A stretch of DNA of 63,980 nucleotides, filler included, from Sphacelaria rigidula (lineage: Eukaryota): assembly GCA_964200075.2 (NCBI GenBank). It is 3 parts of 3 records of this genome, joined end to end, with 100 filler letters (N's around TTAATTAATTAA, not from the genome) between each part and the next. Parts side by side here need not be neighbours in the genome. Positions count along the whole stretch, not along the records: positions 21,579 to 43,054 come from CAXNAA020000418.1; 2 more parts are not named here. The stretch is one strand, 5' to 3'. The position numbers and the translations under genes are program-made. Positions 27,050-39,451 of the stretch are shown piece by piece. The notes below the pieces were generated by a model, which was not told the origin of the DNA, did not search any database, and saw only the letters and a list, made by a program, of their open reading frames with translations. Numbering within the stretch: position 1 is the first letter of the stretch; every line of letters starts with the position of its first letter.

Positions 27050-28567
27050 GTGAAAATGAGAAGCAGTCTGCGGGAAATTATCGTGTGGACGTTGACTACT
27101 GTAGTAGCGTATCAGTGTATCAGTGTATTAGTGTATTGTCGGCCGAGACAAGGCCACCGTTCTCGATACTGCTCAACTTCTCGAGCCTTCTTCAGCGAGT
27201 GCTTCCTCTTTCATCACCTTCGATACGTCCATCTGGTGACTACAGCTGACTCAATCTCGTCACCATCATCCTCACCTCGGGGAACAGAGAGTGCTAACGT
27301 TCGTCAATCAACCAATCGATCAATCTATCTATCAAGCCACAGACCACGCGCACCCACTTGACCGCAATTCCAAGCGACAATAACACCTCCCCCGTCGCCG
27401 TGCCTAGCGAGGCGGCCTGCTGCAGCCCAGTCGCCGCCAGAGGTACGCCGGGTGCCTCCGATGCGGGATCAGCGTCTGTCTGCGCGATTCCGAATATTCG
27501 GTGTGCACAACGGCGACGATACACGCATGTCTCGTTAACATCACAGGTAAAAAAGATTGTTGCTCCTGAAGACGCCTTCAAGGCAACACTGTGGCTTTGT
27601 TAACGTGTTACACTACAGTACTACAAATCCAGCACCCGTCCCCTCCCCGACCGCCACCCGTCTGGGGTTGGTTGTGTCGGTGTAGGCTAACCCCGTCGAC
27701 AACACACCCAGTAAGTAAGGGAGGGTGAGTTCACCTACTGGCTTGTCTGCGTGTCGTGTCACTGGTAACACTACATACAGTCTAGGTAGTGGGTCATGTC
27801 CACGGTGCCAACATCCAGGCTCAGGCTCAATGCTGCAGCTGCGGAGTTTTACCCAAGAATGGGAACCAAACTGAACCCCGCAGCTGTAGCGCTTTACCCC
27901 ACGTTGAGGCACTGTCACGGAAAGCACGTTGATGAAGATGGGGCACGTGTGAGTAAGTATCAGATTCGGCGGACTGGAGACAGCGGCCAACGCAGGATGG
28001 GAAGGCTGCACCCTTCCCGCGAGACCAACAGGCAAGGCAAGTACCGTGATAGACGTGCCGAAGCAAAATCGGAACAGAAACGCGGACAAGCGAGAATCAG
28101 ACCAACGTCACAAGCGAGAGGCTGCTACGTCGAGGGCTGCCAATCGGAAAATCCTGTCCTCTCATATCGGTTGTTGATCATGTCCTTAGTTGGTGGCTCC
28201 GCGGTGCCCACTGGTGTGTGTCTGCATCTACTCTGCTGCCATGGATTCCTCAGGCTTTTTTTCTTCCTTTTTCACCCCATCAATCCATTACATTTTTTTC
28301 CCCCCCCATCGTTCCATTGTATTTTTTTATTTAATTTGTACTTTCCTCTTCTTTTCCCCTTTCTTGCTTTAGGTCGGCAATTTATTTTTGCGCTTTGCTT
28401 GTGTTGAATTTTTATTACTTTTTTTTGTCGTTCTGTTCGTCCCCTCTTCCTTTTTTCTTTTTTTTCCTTAGAACGTGTTTGAATTCCGTTTTTCTTGAGT
28501 ACGTCTATTATGAGACCACGGCTGGACCCCTGGGGGGTCAGTTAAAGTGCGACAATCAATCAATCAA
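27050..28567 (+). mobile_element. Longest copy of a (CAAT)n-tailed retroposon family; 5' boundary uncertain
   Basis: Pyrimidine-rich 3' region plus the conserved end gtacgtctattatgagaccacggctggacccctggggggtcagttaaagtgcga-caatcaatcaatcaa. Low-complexity ORF-like sequence lies upstream. Confidence 0.6.
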
Positions 28568-29606
28568 CTACAGTGTCCCATCACTTACAGCAGGGGGGAG
28601 GCGTAGGAGGCGTACTCATTTGCTGCTTGCCTTGGTTCCTTGATTGTTGACCACACATCATTTTCGAGACGCAGCACCGCTCCTACTTCTAATAGAGACA
28701 CCTCCAACAGTTGCGCGCTCATTACGTTCCTTCCATACATTACCCCAAAACCTTTTACATCATTCAACCCCTTTTTGTTCCACCATCTGTGGCCATCATT
28801 TATCTCCTAGTATAGCCATCGTTTTGTCGCTACTATCTAATGTACCAAACGACTTCATGCCACCGTCGTTTAGATCTCGCATTTCCCCCCTTTAACACCT
28901 CCGGTTCCTCCGTGTATAGTTCACGTTCTGCCACTATGTGACATAAATTCTCTGGTACTTTGCCACAGCGGCAATTTTGTGCATTTACTTGATCCTCCAC
29001 AAGAAATCTGGTGCATCTCTTTCTTTTTACTGGCAGGTCCAGGTCCCCCGCCCGGATCGCACCGACAACTTTCTCGCGTAGTCCATTGGGTCGTGCAGAT
29101 ATGTTTTCATCCGTATCCCTTCTGTCAGTTCCCCGTATACCTTCACGTGCTCTTCCTATTTCTCCTGCATCCATCCATATTTTCTTGACTACACTATCCC
29201 ATCTTCTTCCATCTTGCCCCTTCGTCACGTTCTTTTACACAGCCCTATAAAGTAAGGCTGACAGTATCGTTCTTGATATGTTACGCTATATTGCCATTTC
29301 AATTTCCTCATGTTTTTGTTTCAAGTGGGCACGTCCCTAATTCTGCGCTCAGTACTGAATTTACTTGTCATTTGTGAGCATCCAAGTATTTCCTTAGCTG
29401 CTGTCATCTTTCCGGCTGCTTCACCAACTTCGCGATCCCTTCCCATACTTCTGCATATTTTAGCTTCGGTACAATCATATCAGTCAGAATACGTATCTTG
29501 ATCCTAGTATCGAGGTGCGACTCTCTGGGGTTCACGTCCATCTTGCTTATCTGTGCCTTACACGTTCCTACTACTTCATCTATGTGCGCATTCCAACAAC
29601 AGTTAC

Positions 29607-29866
29607 ATATATATATATAAAATATACAAGCCGCACGGACCCGGGGCTCATAATGGTCGCGAACGCATGTGTACCCCCGCACAAAGTAAAGCACGAATCC
29701 GCCAACCGGCCCCTAGCATTGGCATTGGCCCAAACAGTTATCTCCCGGGGCGGGGGCGGAGGAACTTGAACACTACAATCAGCAATAAATCTCGTGAACG
29801 CCTCGTTACAAAGTATGCTTCACGCTCGTGAGTTCAAAATATTCTATATATGTACTATACTATATA
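29607..29866. mobile_element. ~260-bp insertion flanked by TA-rich runs inside the LINE RT
   Basis: Interrupts ...YLGVDI / NCCWNAHI...; TA repeats on both sides. Class not determinable. Confidence 0.6.
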
Positions 29867-30513
29867 TCTACGCCAAGGTATATATCCTGGTCTACGATCG
29901 GCAATTCCTCTTCTTCCCACCTCTATTTGAACATTCCCGGGTTCTTCCTATCTTGGTTACATACTTGTACAAGTAACGCGCATTTGTTCACGTTCGCCGC
30001 ACTATCCACTTCCTATAATACTTCGTAGTGTATTCCAGCGCCTCGTGTACTTGCTTCTGCCATCCTTCTGATGAAGATATACCCACGAAATCATCCGCAA
30101 ATGTCAATCCCGATACCATATCTCCCCCCACGTTGACTCCTTGCTTTGCTGCTTTACTACTGCTATTATCATGTCATTAAAAATACCCTGAATAACGTGG
30201 GTGATAACGCACATCCTGTTGCAACTCCTTGTATCACGTGGAATATTTCGATATTTCCCCATCTAGCATCATAGCACTTCTCGCACATTCTGCCATCTCC
30301 TTCACCATCCTCCACATATTTCCTCTGATCCCACGTCCTCATATCTCTTTTCACGGCCCGTTTCTCCATACCGTGCCATTGGCTTCTTTACATGTAGAAA
30401 CCAGCACGTTGTTAGCCCTGCGTCTTTTCCATCTCCAACAATCTTACCTCATGTGTACACATGGTCTACACAGCTACGGTTTGGTCTAAACCCTGTTTAC
30501 CCCCCTCTGATTT

Positions 30514-30663
30514 AAGCCTGGTCCGGCGAAAACCCGGCGTGCTCCGTCCCGGCATTGTAGGGATGCGAGGTCAATGGTCTTATGACNNNNNNNNNNGCAT
30601 TGTCGGTACTGTAGGCCCATGTTCTGATATTTATTGCATGCCTGTTTATGGGTGCACCCCCCC
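30514..30663 (+). mobile_element. Poly-C-tailed SINE-like retroposon, short form, inserted in the LINE RT
   Basis: Starts aagcctggtccggcgaaaacccggcg and ends ATGGGTGCACCCC.... Flanked by the duplication CCCCCCTCTGATTT (30500-30513 and 30664-30677). Contains a 10-N gap. Confidence 0.8.
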
Positions 30664-31975
30664 CCCCCCTCTGATTTCTTCTTCTCTAGCGTCGTTCCCA
30701 CTCTATCGTTCAGTATCCTACAAAATGTCTTCCCTGCGGTGCTCAGTAGCGTTATCCCCCTATATTTCCTTGGGCTAGCCTTGTCTCCTTTCTTGACAAG
30801 GTTTACAACGACTCCTCCTCTGCGCCCTTTGGATGTGCACTTATCTACCATATATGTTACCTCGTTTCTAGCTTGAGCATACTCCTCCCCACCCTACGGT
30901 AGTCGACCAGTATCTTGCGTGGGCCCTTCTCCTTGCTCTTACAGCCTCTTTCGCTCCCTCTTTCCCCCCATTGTGCTGCTCTGTTGCATACGATTAGCTT
31001 CGTCCTCATGACTTTTTACTTGCTGTGACCTTGACCAGTAGCTCCATTTCTCCTATAATTTCCGCTCCTTCCCGATCCCTTTATCCCTTTTGGGGGGGCG
31101 AGGGGGGGTGGCAATTTTGCGCGGTGGGTTGTCAGCCCGGCATGACCGCACACAAGTGGGACCTCGCATGATACGAGTATTAGTATAATACTTCTTCTGT
31201 CCCGTAAGGTGGGGCCGTTAACTTTGTACAGAATAGTGACCGTGTCCGATTCTTGCCTTGTTTTTCTAAATACATTGTTCGGTGTTTTTCAAGTTAAAAC
31301 CCTTTTTTTTTACAATAGATGCCGCTGACCCCACGCGTCTGAACGACCGAAAAAGGATCAGTCTGCCCGACAACGGTCGTATTGCGCTCCTTTTCTGAAG
31401 ACAAAATAATGAAAACGCAGGAAAAACGGCAAAAAACGCCAAGAACTCCTCATTTAAGCCCTACTTCTCCTGCAGAGGGTAGCTACTATACGCCTTGTCC
31501 GAAACCACTTTGTCGCGTTTTCACTCATGTCCAGCACGGAAATGAACTGCAAAAATCGGTCGAATATATTCACATCCTGACGATATTACGAGCAAATAAC
31601 GACACCATTATCGGATCTTCTGAGGTCAGCCATACGTATTATCTTTCTTCTTTATTAGTTATCCCTGTTTTGCTTGTATCGCGTTTCGTGAGTTTTAGTC
31701 TGGGTCTATTTTGTTTCATTTTTTTGTTTTGTTTGATTTCTCCATGCCTTATTATAGGGAGCTAGCCTATGACCACGGAAGGCGTCCGTGTCAGATGCCC
31801 AGTACGAATATACCGCGCAGGTATCGGAACGGTTTTGAATGGGAAGACAACAACAACAACGACAACAACAACATTATTAGTATAACACAGAGGGGTCTTA
31901 ATCACATTCCCAAGCTTGCACATCAAGCACAGTGCTATCGCATGTAACGCACTACGTGCTGTCCGCCAAACGCAC

Positions 31976-32089
31976 CTCCGTGACAAGCACAAACACGACT
32001 TCCTCTGTATTTACTAGCTGCTGCACTTCCCCTGAATTGAGCCTAGGTAACGCCACCACCGCCATGCGTTTTTTGAAGTCTTGGATATC
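31976..32089 (-). CDS. TMX3-like gene, exon 4: Trx C-terminal helix and start of b domain
   Basis: ctgcag| acceptor and |gtgcg donor, 114 nt, phase 0-0. DIQDFKKRMAVVALPRLNSGEVQQLVNTEEVVFVLVTE resembles the TMX3 a-b junction. Confidence 0.78.
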
Positions 32090-32526
32090 CTGCAGTAACG
32101 TCACGGCGCGACACAGCAAACCACATCATTTTTAGTATCTAGGCAAGATCTAGTCCGGATCTTTGCAGCCACAACGCATGATAGAAACGCCACGTTGGAA
32201 ATTCTGTCGACACATAGTTCAAGAGCGCATTTGATGACTACACGCTGCAACCACCCCGTGATAAATTACTTTTTTTTTGTTTGGTGAGCCTGTGGCCCAA
32301 ACCATCAGCTTAGTCACGTGGAACTGCCATGCACTTACTGTTTCCCACCAAGCACGAGAGACAACATCGCACAGAAGATGAAAAACTCTAGTATACTCTA
32401 CGTATTGTTGCCACACAAAAAGCGCATGGCATCAGAGATCGGAATCTTTGTATATGCCTGCAAACGACAGGCACCGAAAGCGGCAGTGGTTGTCAACCAG
32501 CGCAGCAACCCCATCTATCGACCCAC

Positions 32527-32610
32527 CTCTATCGTTCTCTTTCCTTCGTACGTGCTCCATTGCCCCGCGCGAGTAAATCGCAAATCCGGAAACTTGTTGA
32601 TTCCGAAAAC
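32527..32610 (-). CDS. TMX3-like gene, exon 3: cis-Pro loop and end of Trx domain
   Basis: ctcag| acceptor and |gtggg donor, 84 nt, phase 0-0. VFGINKFPDLRFTRAGQWSTYEGKRTIE matches the F.I..FP.L.F...G....Y.G.RT.E thioredoxin consensus. Confidence 0.88.
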
Positions 32611-33884
32611 CTGAGGCAAGGCGGCACAGCGCGATACAGCACGAGGAGGATGTCGGCCGACACACATACCTATCAACGGATACACTCTTTACAACAGCGC
32701 GGGTGGTAGCTGGTATCCGGTACTGAGTTCTCCCCAACCTGGCTCCCCAAATCCATGGTTGCGACATACTTGGTTCTAGTCCGACCCTTGGCTTTAACCC
32801 GACCCTTGGTTCAGGTCCGAACCATCATATTGAGATCTTTTTCATGGCCCAAAGTTCTGGGGCTAACGCAGCGTGCTCAGCACGCTTTCTCGCCTCAAAT
32901 CCAGGCACCGATTTGAGCTCTGCCGACGCAAATATTGCCCACGAGACTACCAGAGGATAACTTACGTGCTCCCCCCTTGACCGAGGGTTCTCGTGCTGTG
33001 TTCGTGTTGGCTTATGGTTTGGGATAGGGATAAGTAGCGCTACAGTGTGGTTTGGCGAAAATAAACAGGGAACAAGCATGGCCTTGTGGGGCCAGGTTGG
33101 GAACAGTGGATCCTATCACAGAGCGTACTGCACACTTTGTGATCTTCCTCGAAGGTCACGCACACGCTACAACCGAGCACACCACTCCGCCGACTGTAAA
33201 GCCCGATCGCCAAGCTGCCCTTACACAAACAATAAAACTGTGTTTCAAACCTCCAGATTTTTTCTCTTCTCTTATTTTCTCCCCCCCCCCCCGCGCCCTT
33301 TTTCCTTTTTTTTTTCCTTTTTTCTCTTCTTATCCTCCGTTTTCCCTTTCCTTCTTTTTTTTCTCCCTTTTTATTTGCATTTATTCATTCATTTCGCTCA
33401 GTCTACTCTGCTGTTCTGTTCTAGCTCCTTCTGTTCTGTGTTTTTGTTGAGCAAGTGTTTCAGTTTATTTTGTTCCGGGTACGTGTATCATGTAACCACA
33501 GCCCGATCCCTGGGAGGTAAGTTAAAGTGCGCCAGTCATTCAAAAATCAATCAGCCAAAAAATCTCACGTACCCTGTCAGAGCAGAACCAATATTGGCCC
33601 AAGATCATAAGCCATATATATATATATATATATATGTATTGATCTCACTTCCATCCCCTCCCCTTGCTCGGTAGAGTCCGTGGTGTAATGGCCTAATGTT
33701 ATCATTGGATCGACCCATCTCTCCCCGATACACGCATAGCATATCGGTCTGGCGGATTGAATCATGATCAGCACTTCCGCACCATATCAACCCTCATCAC
33801 ACAAAGCCAGTCTAATACTCCACGTCTACTCAGATCCTCACGATGTGAAAGGCGGAAATCAGGTACTTCGAAGAAGAATCAAAC

Positions 33885-33975
33885 GTACCTGACGGGAATC
33901 AAACCCGCCTTCTCTCCACAAGACCAACAAAGTTGAAGTAATGGGGTCAGTTGGATCATTACACCACCCGGGCGT
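33885..33975 (-). repeat. Degenerate tRNA-derived SINE head
   Basis: A-box-like GTGGTGTAATG and B-box-like GGTTTGATTCC at tRNA-like spacing; no intact cloverleaf. Confidence 0.35.
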
Positions 33976-34444
33976 GGCAACCAGCACAGTATTCGGGATC
34001 AAAGATGACTTTTCCCTGTCTTTTTTCTCTCGTTCCCCCTTATTATCATTTATTTTTTCTTTATTTTTTCAGTCCACTCTGTTTGTCCGCTTCACCTCTT
34101 CTGTTCTGTTCTTTTTCGCAATTTCTTCAGGAAGTGCTTCAGTTTTGTTTTGTCTCGGGTACGTGTATTACGTGGACAATGACCACGGTAAGGCTGGATC
34201 ATGACTCCTGGGGGACCACTTAAATTGCGACAATCAGTCAATCAATCAACCAATCAACCTCAACACGAAGCCTATTGGTTCACCCATGCTAACGTTTAGC
34301 TTTCTGCGGTGTTCTTCCGTAGCAAGAGAATACTAAACTGAATACTGAGTGTAATGTAAGCGGAGGTTGCCGGGACTCTCAACCACAACCAACTACGAAA
34401 TGCAAGTCGTACCCAGTGTGATGGTGATGGTGAGATATTCTCAC

Positions 34445-34585
34445 CGTTGCAAGCCGTGGGTTCTTTGTACAATCCACCTTGGCCAGCTGAAACCAGTGCT
34501 TGTCAGGATCTGCTTCTCGCCGCTCAACCTCTGCGTCCAGGTAGTCAATTACAGCCGACAGTCGCTGACACTGTCTGCATCCCGG
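34445..34585 (-). CDS. TMX3-like gene, exon 2: CxxC active site
   Basis: cgcag| acceptor and |gtgag donor, 141 nt, phase 0-0. PGCRQCQRLSAVIDYLDAEVERREADPDKHWFQLAKVDCTKNPRLAT; joins exon 1 as DFFSPGCRQC and carries the AKVDC motif. Confidence 0.88.
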
Positions 34586-35320
34586 CTGCGATGAGGAACC
34601 GTGCAGGAACAACGGAGCAAGGGTGTCACAGATGTTGCCGGGTTGTCACATGTTACATGGTAGATAGCTACTCGACGAGTGCGGACTTCGAACTCTGGGG
34701 CACAGTCGGAAATCATAGGAAGCACATGGGATAAAGCATCGATGAAAAGATCGGGGGCGGTCGCCAGGACAGGGAATACAGTGTGGTGTTGGTTTTCGCC
34801 AATTCGGGTACCGCGGTCAACAGATTTTCTCACGGCCCAACAAGAACATCAATTTGACTCGGCTCACGTTGCGCTCGGTCAAAGTACGCACCGCTGCTAC
34901 TTTTTTTCAGCCCACGAAACACGAGTAAATGCAGGACAACGTGAAAGGTGCTTGCCGCAATCAAGCAGTTTCGGGTGGTCGGCCAAATTTCGCTTGTACC
35001 CTCAAGTGACGCACAACAGCGAGGTACATTTGGTAATACCTCGCTTTCTCGGGCACAACCATTTTCCACAATCCGCTGACTCTGACCACTCTTGCAGAGA
35101 TCCTGATCCTGTGTAGAGCACAGTGCAGCACACTAGTGCCAAGACTCCAAGCATACCGAGTATTTGTGGGGCCACATTGTTTCTTCACAACGTCATAACT
35201 ACAGACATGCTTGACACAGGGCCTATGAGCACTATGGCTATGCAGGAAGCCTGAAAGCTAGTACACCGCGTTAGGTCTGGAAGGCATCTGAAAGCCCATA
35301 CGGCGGCGTGCAAAAGCACC

Positions 35321-35356
<36 letters not shown>

Positions 35357-35546
35357 CGCACTCGAACTGACCCCCCCGGGGTCATGATCCAGCCGTGGTC
35401 ACATGACAGACGTACCCAAGACAACCAAAACCGCATTCTCGTGAATCTCCGGCAAAACGTATGTGATCGTTCGCTCATGACGTGCGTGTCTGTGACAACT
35501 TCAGCCGGTTCAACTTTTTCTTGTCTCATTTCAATTTCACTCTTGA

Positions 35547-35735
35547 GGCCCTGTCTTAGCACATGGGTTCTCGATCGAAAAAGTGCGGTAGAGAACAAAA
35601 ATCCTGGTCTGATAGGTCGTAATTTCAATCATCGTCGTTTATTTTGAAGATGGTTGGAATTACGACCTATCGGATGAGGGTTCTTGTTTTCCACCGCACT
35701 TTTTCGATCGAAAACTCATGTGCGAAGACATGCCC
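35547..35735. mobile_element. PIF/Harbinger-type palindromic MITE; related element at ~2046-2263
   Basis: GGCCCTGTCTT...AAGACATGCCC with long inverted arms and TGA duplicated on both sides. Confidence 0.8.
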
Positions 35736-36767
35736 TGAGCGGAAAAAAAAGTCGGGGACAAAATTTCACCCATGGACACGCCCCAGAAGTGCAGCGAACT
35801 GTACACGTGCAGACGACACAGCGCGGCAGAGCACCAACAAGCTAAGACGTCAGACGTGTCGGTTTAATCGGGAGGAGTCTTGGCGTGGGCAGTTGTTCTA
35901 CAGTAGTACGTACGCCCCACAGCCCCTCTCGGGGTATGTGCTGATCCTGTCCCACGCAAGGTGGAACGGAGGAAGCGGTTCGTCTGAGGTTTGGAGCATG
36001 AATAAACTCGCAAGATTGGGTCACGGCGGTGAAACATATGGTATCTGGAGGTCGAGAAAACGGTTAACGATTTCGACGAGGCGTGGCGACGCGAAGATCT
36101 ACGTCAAACCGGTGCACGTCACATTCAAGAGGCTTCCGCGTTGAGAGTCGCAAATAGGAGAGCCGGCACCATGAAACAACAGTAACAGGAGTAATTCAAG
36201 ATGAAGCTGGCCGAGAGAGCGATCCGCGTTATAACTGGGAATGAGTGGGAGAGGCGGGGGTACACGAAATCGCGATACCCTTGTATTATCCCTCGGGTTG
36301 TTGACTTCTTTCCTCAGCTTGCAGCTGTAGCACGTTGACTAAAGGCCTTCCAGTACGGGTTCTGCTCGGTCACTAGGTTTTCATCTCCCCTTGCCTTCCT
36401 GATCTCGCTCTTTATCCTCCTCCCACCGTCTTTCAACTCTTTCTTCTCCCTTTTTCATCATCCTTCCGTTCTGCTATCGAATACTTCGGCAGTGTTTTAG
36501 GTCTCGCTCTCACAGAGCTCGCGGATGAGAGGTCATGTCAAGATTGTGAAGTTTCCTAATAGCTGAGTCGCAACTTGCGTCGACCGCCTGATTTCTTCCC
36601 CCTTCCCCCCGGCTTGTTTCAACCGATCTTATACGAACTCCTTATCTCAAGTCATACGGCAGGGGTCAGCCACTCTTGTTTTTTTTTTTCGGCAGGAGCG
36701 GTACCATGTCTTATCTTGGCGTGATTTTTTCTTTTTATCCTTTCCTTCCCCTTCTTTTTCCCTCCTT

Positions 36768-36800
<33 letters not shown>

Positions 36801-39289
36801 TTCTGTTCCTCGTTCTTTAGATGACTGCTTTCTCCCTCTTTTCCCGTTTCCTCCCTTCCTCCAGCTTCCATTATAATAGATTTAGCGAGTGTTTCTGTTC
36901 TGTTGACCTTCGGTACATCTATCTTGTGCTAACGGCTGCATTCTTAGGGGATCAGTTAATGCGCGACAAAACAATCAACCAACAAATCGAACAAAACTAT
37001 CTGGCAGCTTCACGTGTAAGTAGCCAATTAAAAAATCGAAGTAAGTTTGACATTCTTGAAGGTGTTTATTCCAAGTTGAGTTGACTCAAGACTGTATCTT
37101 GACTGTAAGTATCACAGTGAAATGATTACTTCGAATACGAAAGAGAGGTTGCCTCGCACCGTGAGCAAAAACTACAGATTGATGGAATATAACTGTTATC
37201 TCAAGAGCGAACAAAACCGTGTGAGGCTTCGCTGCTTCCGTTGTGTTTGTCGTGCACCAAATCTCAGAGTTGGTCGCAAGTAGATGATTTCGAGTGCTAG
37301 GTATTATGTGCGGAGGCAAGCGTCACGAGGTTGTTGTCATTGTTGTTCTTGTTGTTGACGATGCCTAGGAAGCTTGACTTGACCAGCAAAAGCTATGAGA
37401 GGTAAAACAGCGGTGTTCATTTTGTTGCTTCCAAGGCGCATTCAGTCCGCATGCTCATACCCCTGCACACCATCCGTGATATCTTCCTTCGTAGAGAGCG
37501 TGCCAAGCCACATCAAATTATTGTGTAGCCCTGTTGAGTGGCATTTCCCCCAAGTACTACTCTGATGGAACGTCCTCGTCGTGAAAAAAAGCTGAGCTGA
37601 AGAGAAACCGTGAGTCTGCAAATATCACGTCATTTGGTATGACGAAGAGCACGATGGGAGCCTTCAATCAAGTCTTCCGGGGACTGCACGGAAGCTCATG
37701 TGTGACGTGTAACCGTGGACGCGCGGTTCCAGCGTGAGTTCTGGTAACATCTGAGGGGGTCGCAATGGCAGCTACAGTAACTGCATTTATGTGCGATAAG
37801 TTTCGATCGAGATATCGTGCGCTGCCGCGAGTGAAGATGAGACGAACCTCCCGGGCGTCAAAAATATTACCCATAGCTTGTTACCAGGAGTTTGTGATTG
37901 ACTGCGCCGATCCTCGTTTTCTCTAGGCGGAGTTAAAAACGTAAGACTACGTAACCGTAGGGCGGGGATCCTTCACTGCCTGCACAAACAAGTATCACAC
38001 AGACTAACGGAGCCACCCCATGCTTCGCGACGCAACGTAAGGGTCACAGTGGTAGTGTCGGTGGTATTGGTGGTATTGGTGGTGTGGTGTTCACTACTGT
38101 GGCTACTTGTGGTGGCGACGAGGAGATAGTGTGTACTATACTCTGCGTATGATATGTGGTTGGTTCTATCGTACGCTTGAATTCCGCTGCTCCTTTTTTA
38201 GAAGATCCAAGATTCGCTGGGTCCAGTGTCCAAAGTTGAACGAAATGACCAGTTTCAGAATTTGGATATCCTGTGAATGAATGCTCCAACCCACCTCGAC
38301 TCTTGCACGCACCACAAGCGTGTCGCTTGTCATGGCTACTCATAGTCCTCCCCTTCTGCAGATAAGTCGGGCTCTCTACACCGAAATATGCAGCGCATCT
38401 AGCTGCTCACGTAGTATTGATGCGCAGTGCGTCCGCAACGAAATCACAGTTTTGGCTCTCATTTTCAGACGAATTTTGAAATGTCGTTGTCTGGCACTTG
38501 ACACGAACCACGCGGAAGGTCGTACACCTTGTCAAAACGTGTGTGCGACACATCCCGTACGATTGAGGGCTGGGAAAGTACTATTTTGAATTCACGCGGA
38601 AGGAGTGACCAGCGTAATCAACATTCACGAAATCATGGATGTTCACCTCTAAACTCCCCCGGTGTGCCCATCTGTTGGGACGGCTCGATGTTTACTTCAC
38701 CAATGAATGAACGGCATATTTGTCCATCTTCGGGCGTTCAAACGGTTGAAGCACCGTACAGAGACAGACAGCACAGTAGCAACCAGTACTTGGAGGTTGA
38801 AGCTGCTACACGCAGTGATGAAAAAAATTATGTTGAGCAATGGGCCCGGCGCCTTGACGAAACCCTGTCTAAGCGTCCTTCGGAGCCAACCCGGTCGTCT
38901 CACGGGTCAGACACAGTACTTCGCACGCCCCAATAACTGGACGGGTGAGCAGCAGTCGGCTGTAACGATGACATTTTGATTGTTGAGACAGCAGATTGAT
39001 ACAGACAAATTCAGCACGAAGTGTCATACCATGTCGAACAAATCGCAGCCGAGCCCAAACAAATTCGCTGCGTCGTATGGTGCCTACTGAACTGCACGAT
39101 ATTGTTTGTACTTCTCCCCGAGTCTTCGACGATCATTTCGACATTGGTCCAGCTCGTAGCTTGATGGCGTAGTGGCTGTTCTGTTCTGCAAAATTACGGT
39201 TAGGGCGACTGAACACCTGCAAAACGGAACAAATACGCGTGCTCTGTGTGCTACTGCTACTGCTACGTTGCAGTGCTATGCTGACGTAC

Positions 39290-39451
39290 CGAGAAGAAGT
39301 CGACGAAGAGGAGGGTATCTTGCGCCAAATGGTCAACAAAGCCATCAAAGTTTTCATCGTCCAGGACGTGCACCTTCGCCAATGCTCGCCCAATCCCACC
39401 CCCAACAAGAGCACCCGCCAGCAGCAGCAGGGCACGTCGTAACTGCAGCAT
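39290..39451 (-). CDS. Thioredoxin/PDI-family (TMX3-like) gene, exon 1: signal peptide and start of Trx domain
   Basis: ATG at 39451; MLQLRRALLLLAGALVGGGIGRALAKVHVLDDENFDGFVDHLAQDTLLFVDFFS gives a hydrophobic signal followed by the PDI-type V..L.D.NF...V...FVDF start. GT donor (tcg|gtacgt), phase 0. Confidence 0.85.

Larger units (their letters stand above)
28593..31095 (-). mobile_element. Decayed, 5'-truncated non-LTR retrotransposon (LINE) ORF2
   Basis: Motifs VVNLVKKGDKA.P.KYRGITLLSTAGK.F.RIL, GFRPNRSCVDHVYT, QGVA.GC.LSP.LF, FADD, YLGV and IVPKL.YA.VW, plus a C-terminal CRC...H remnant. Ends ...TKASSK* GTAC with a C-rich tail. Confidence 0.92.
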
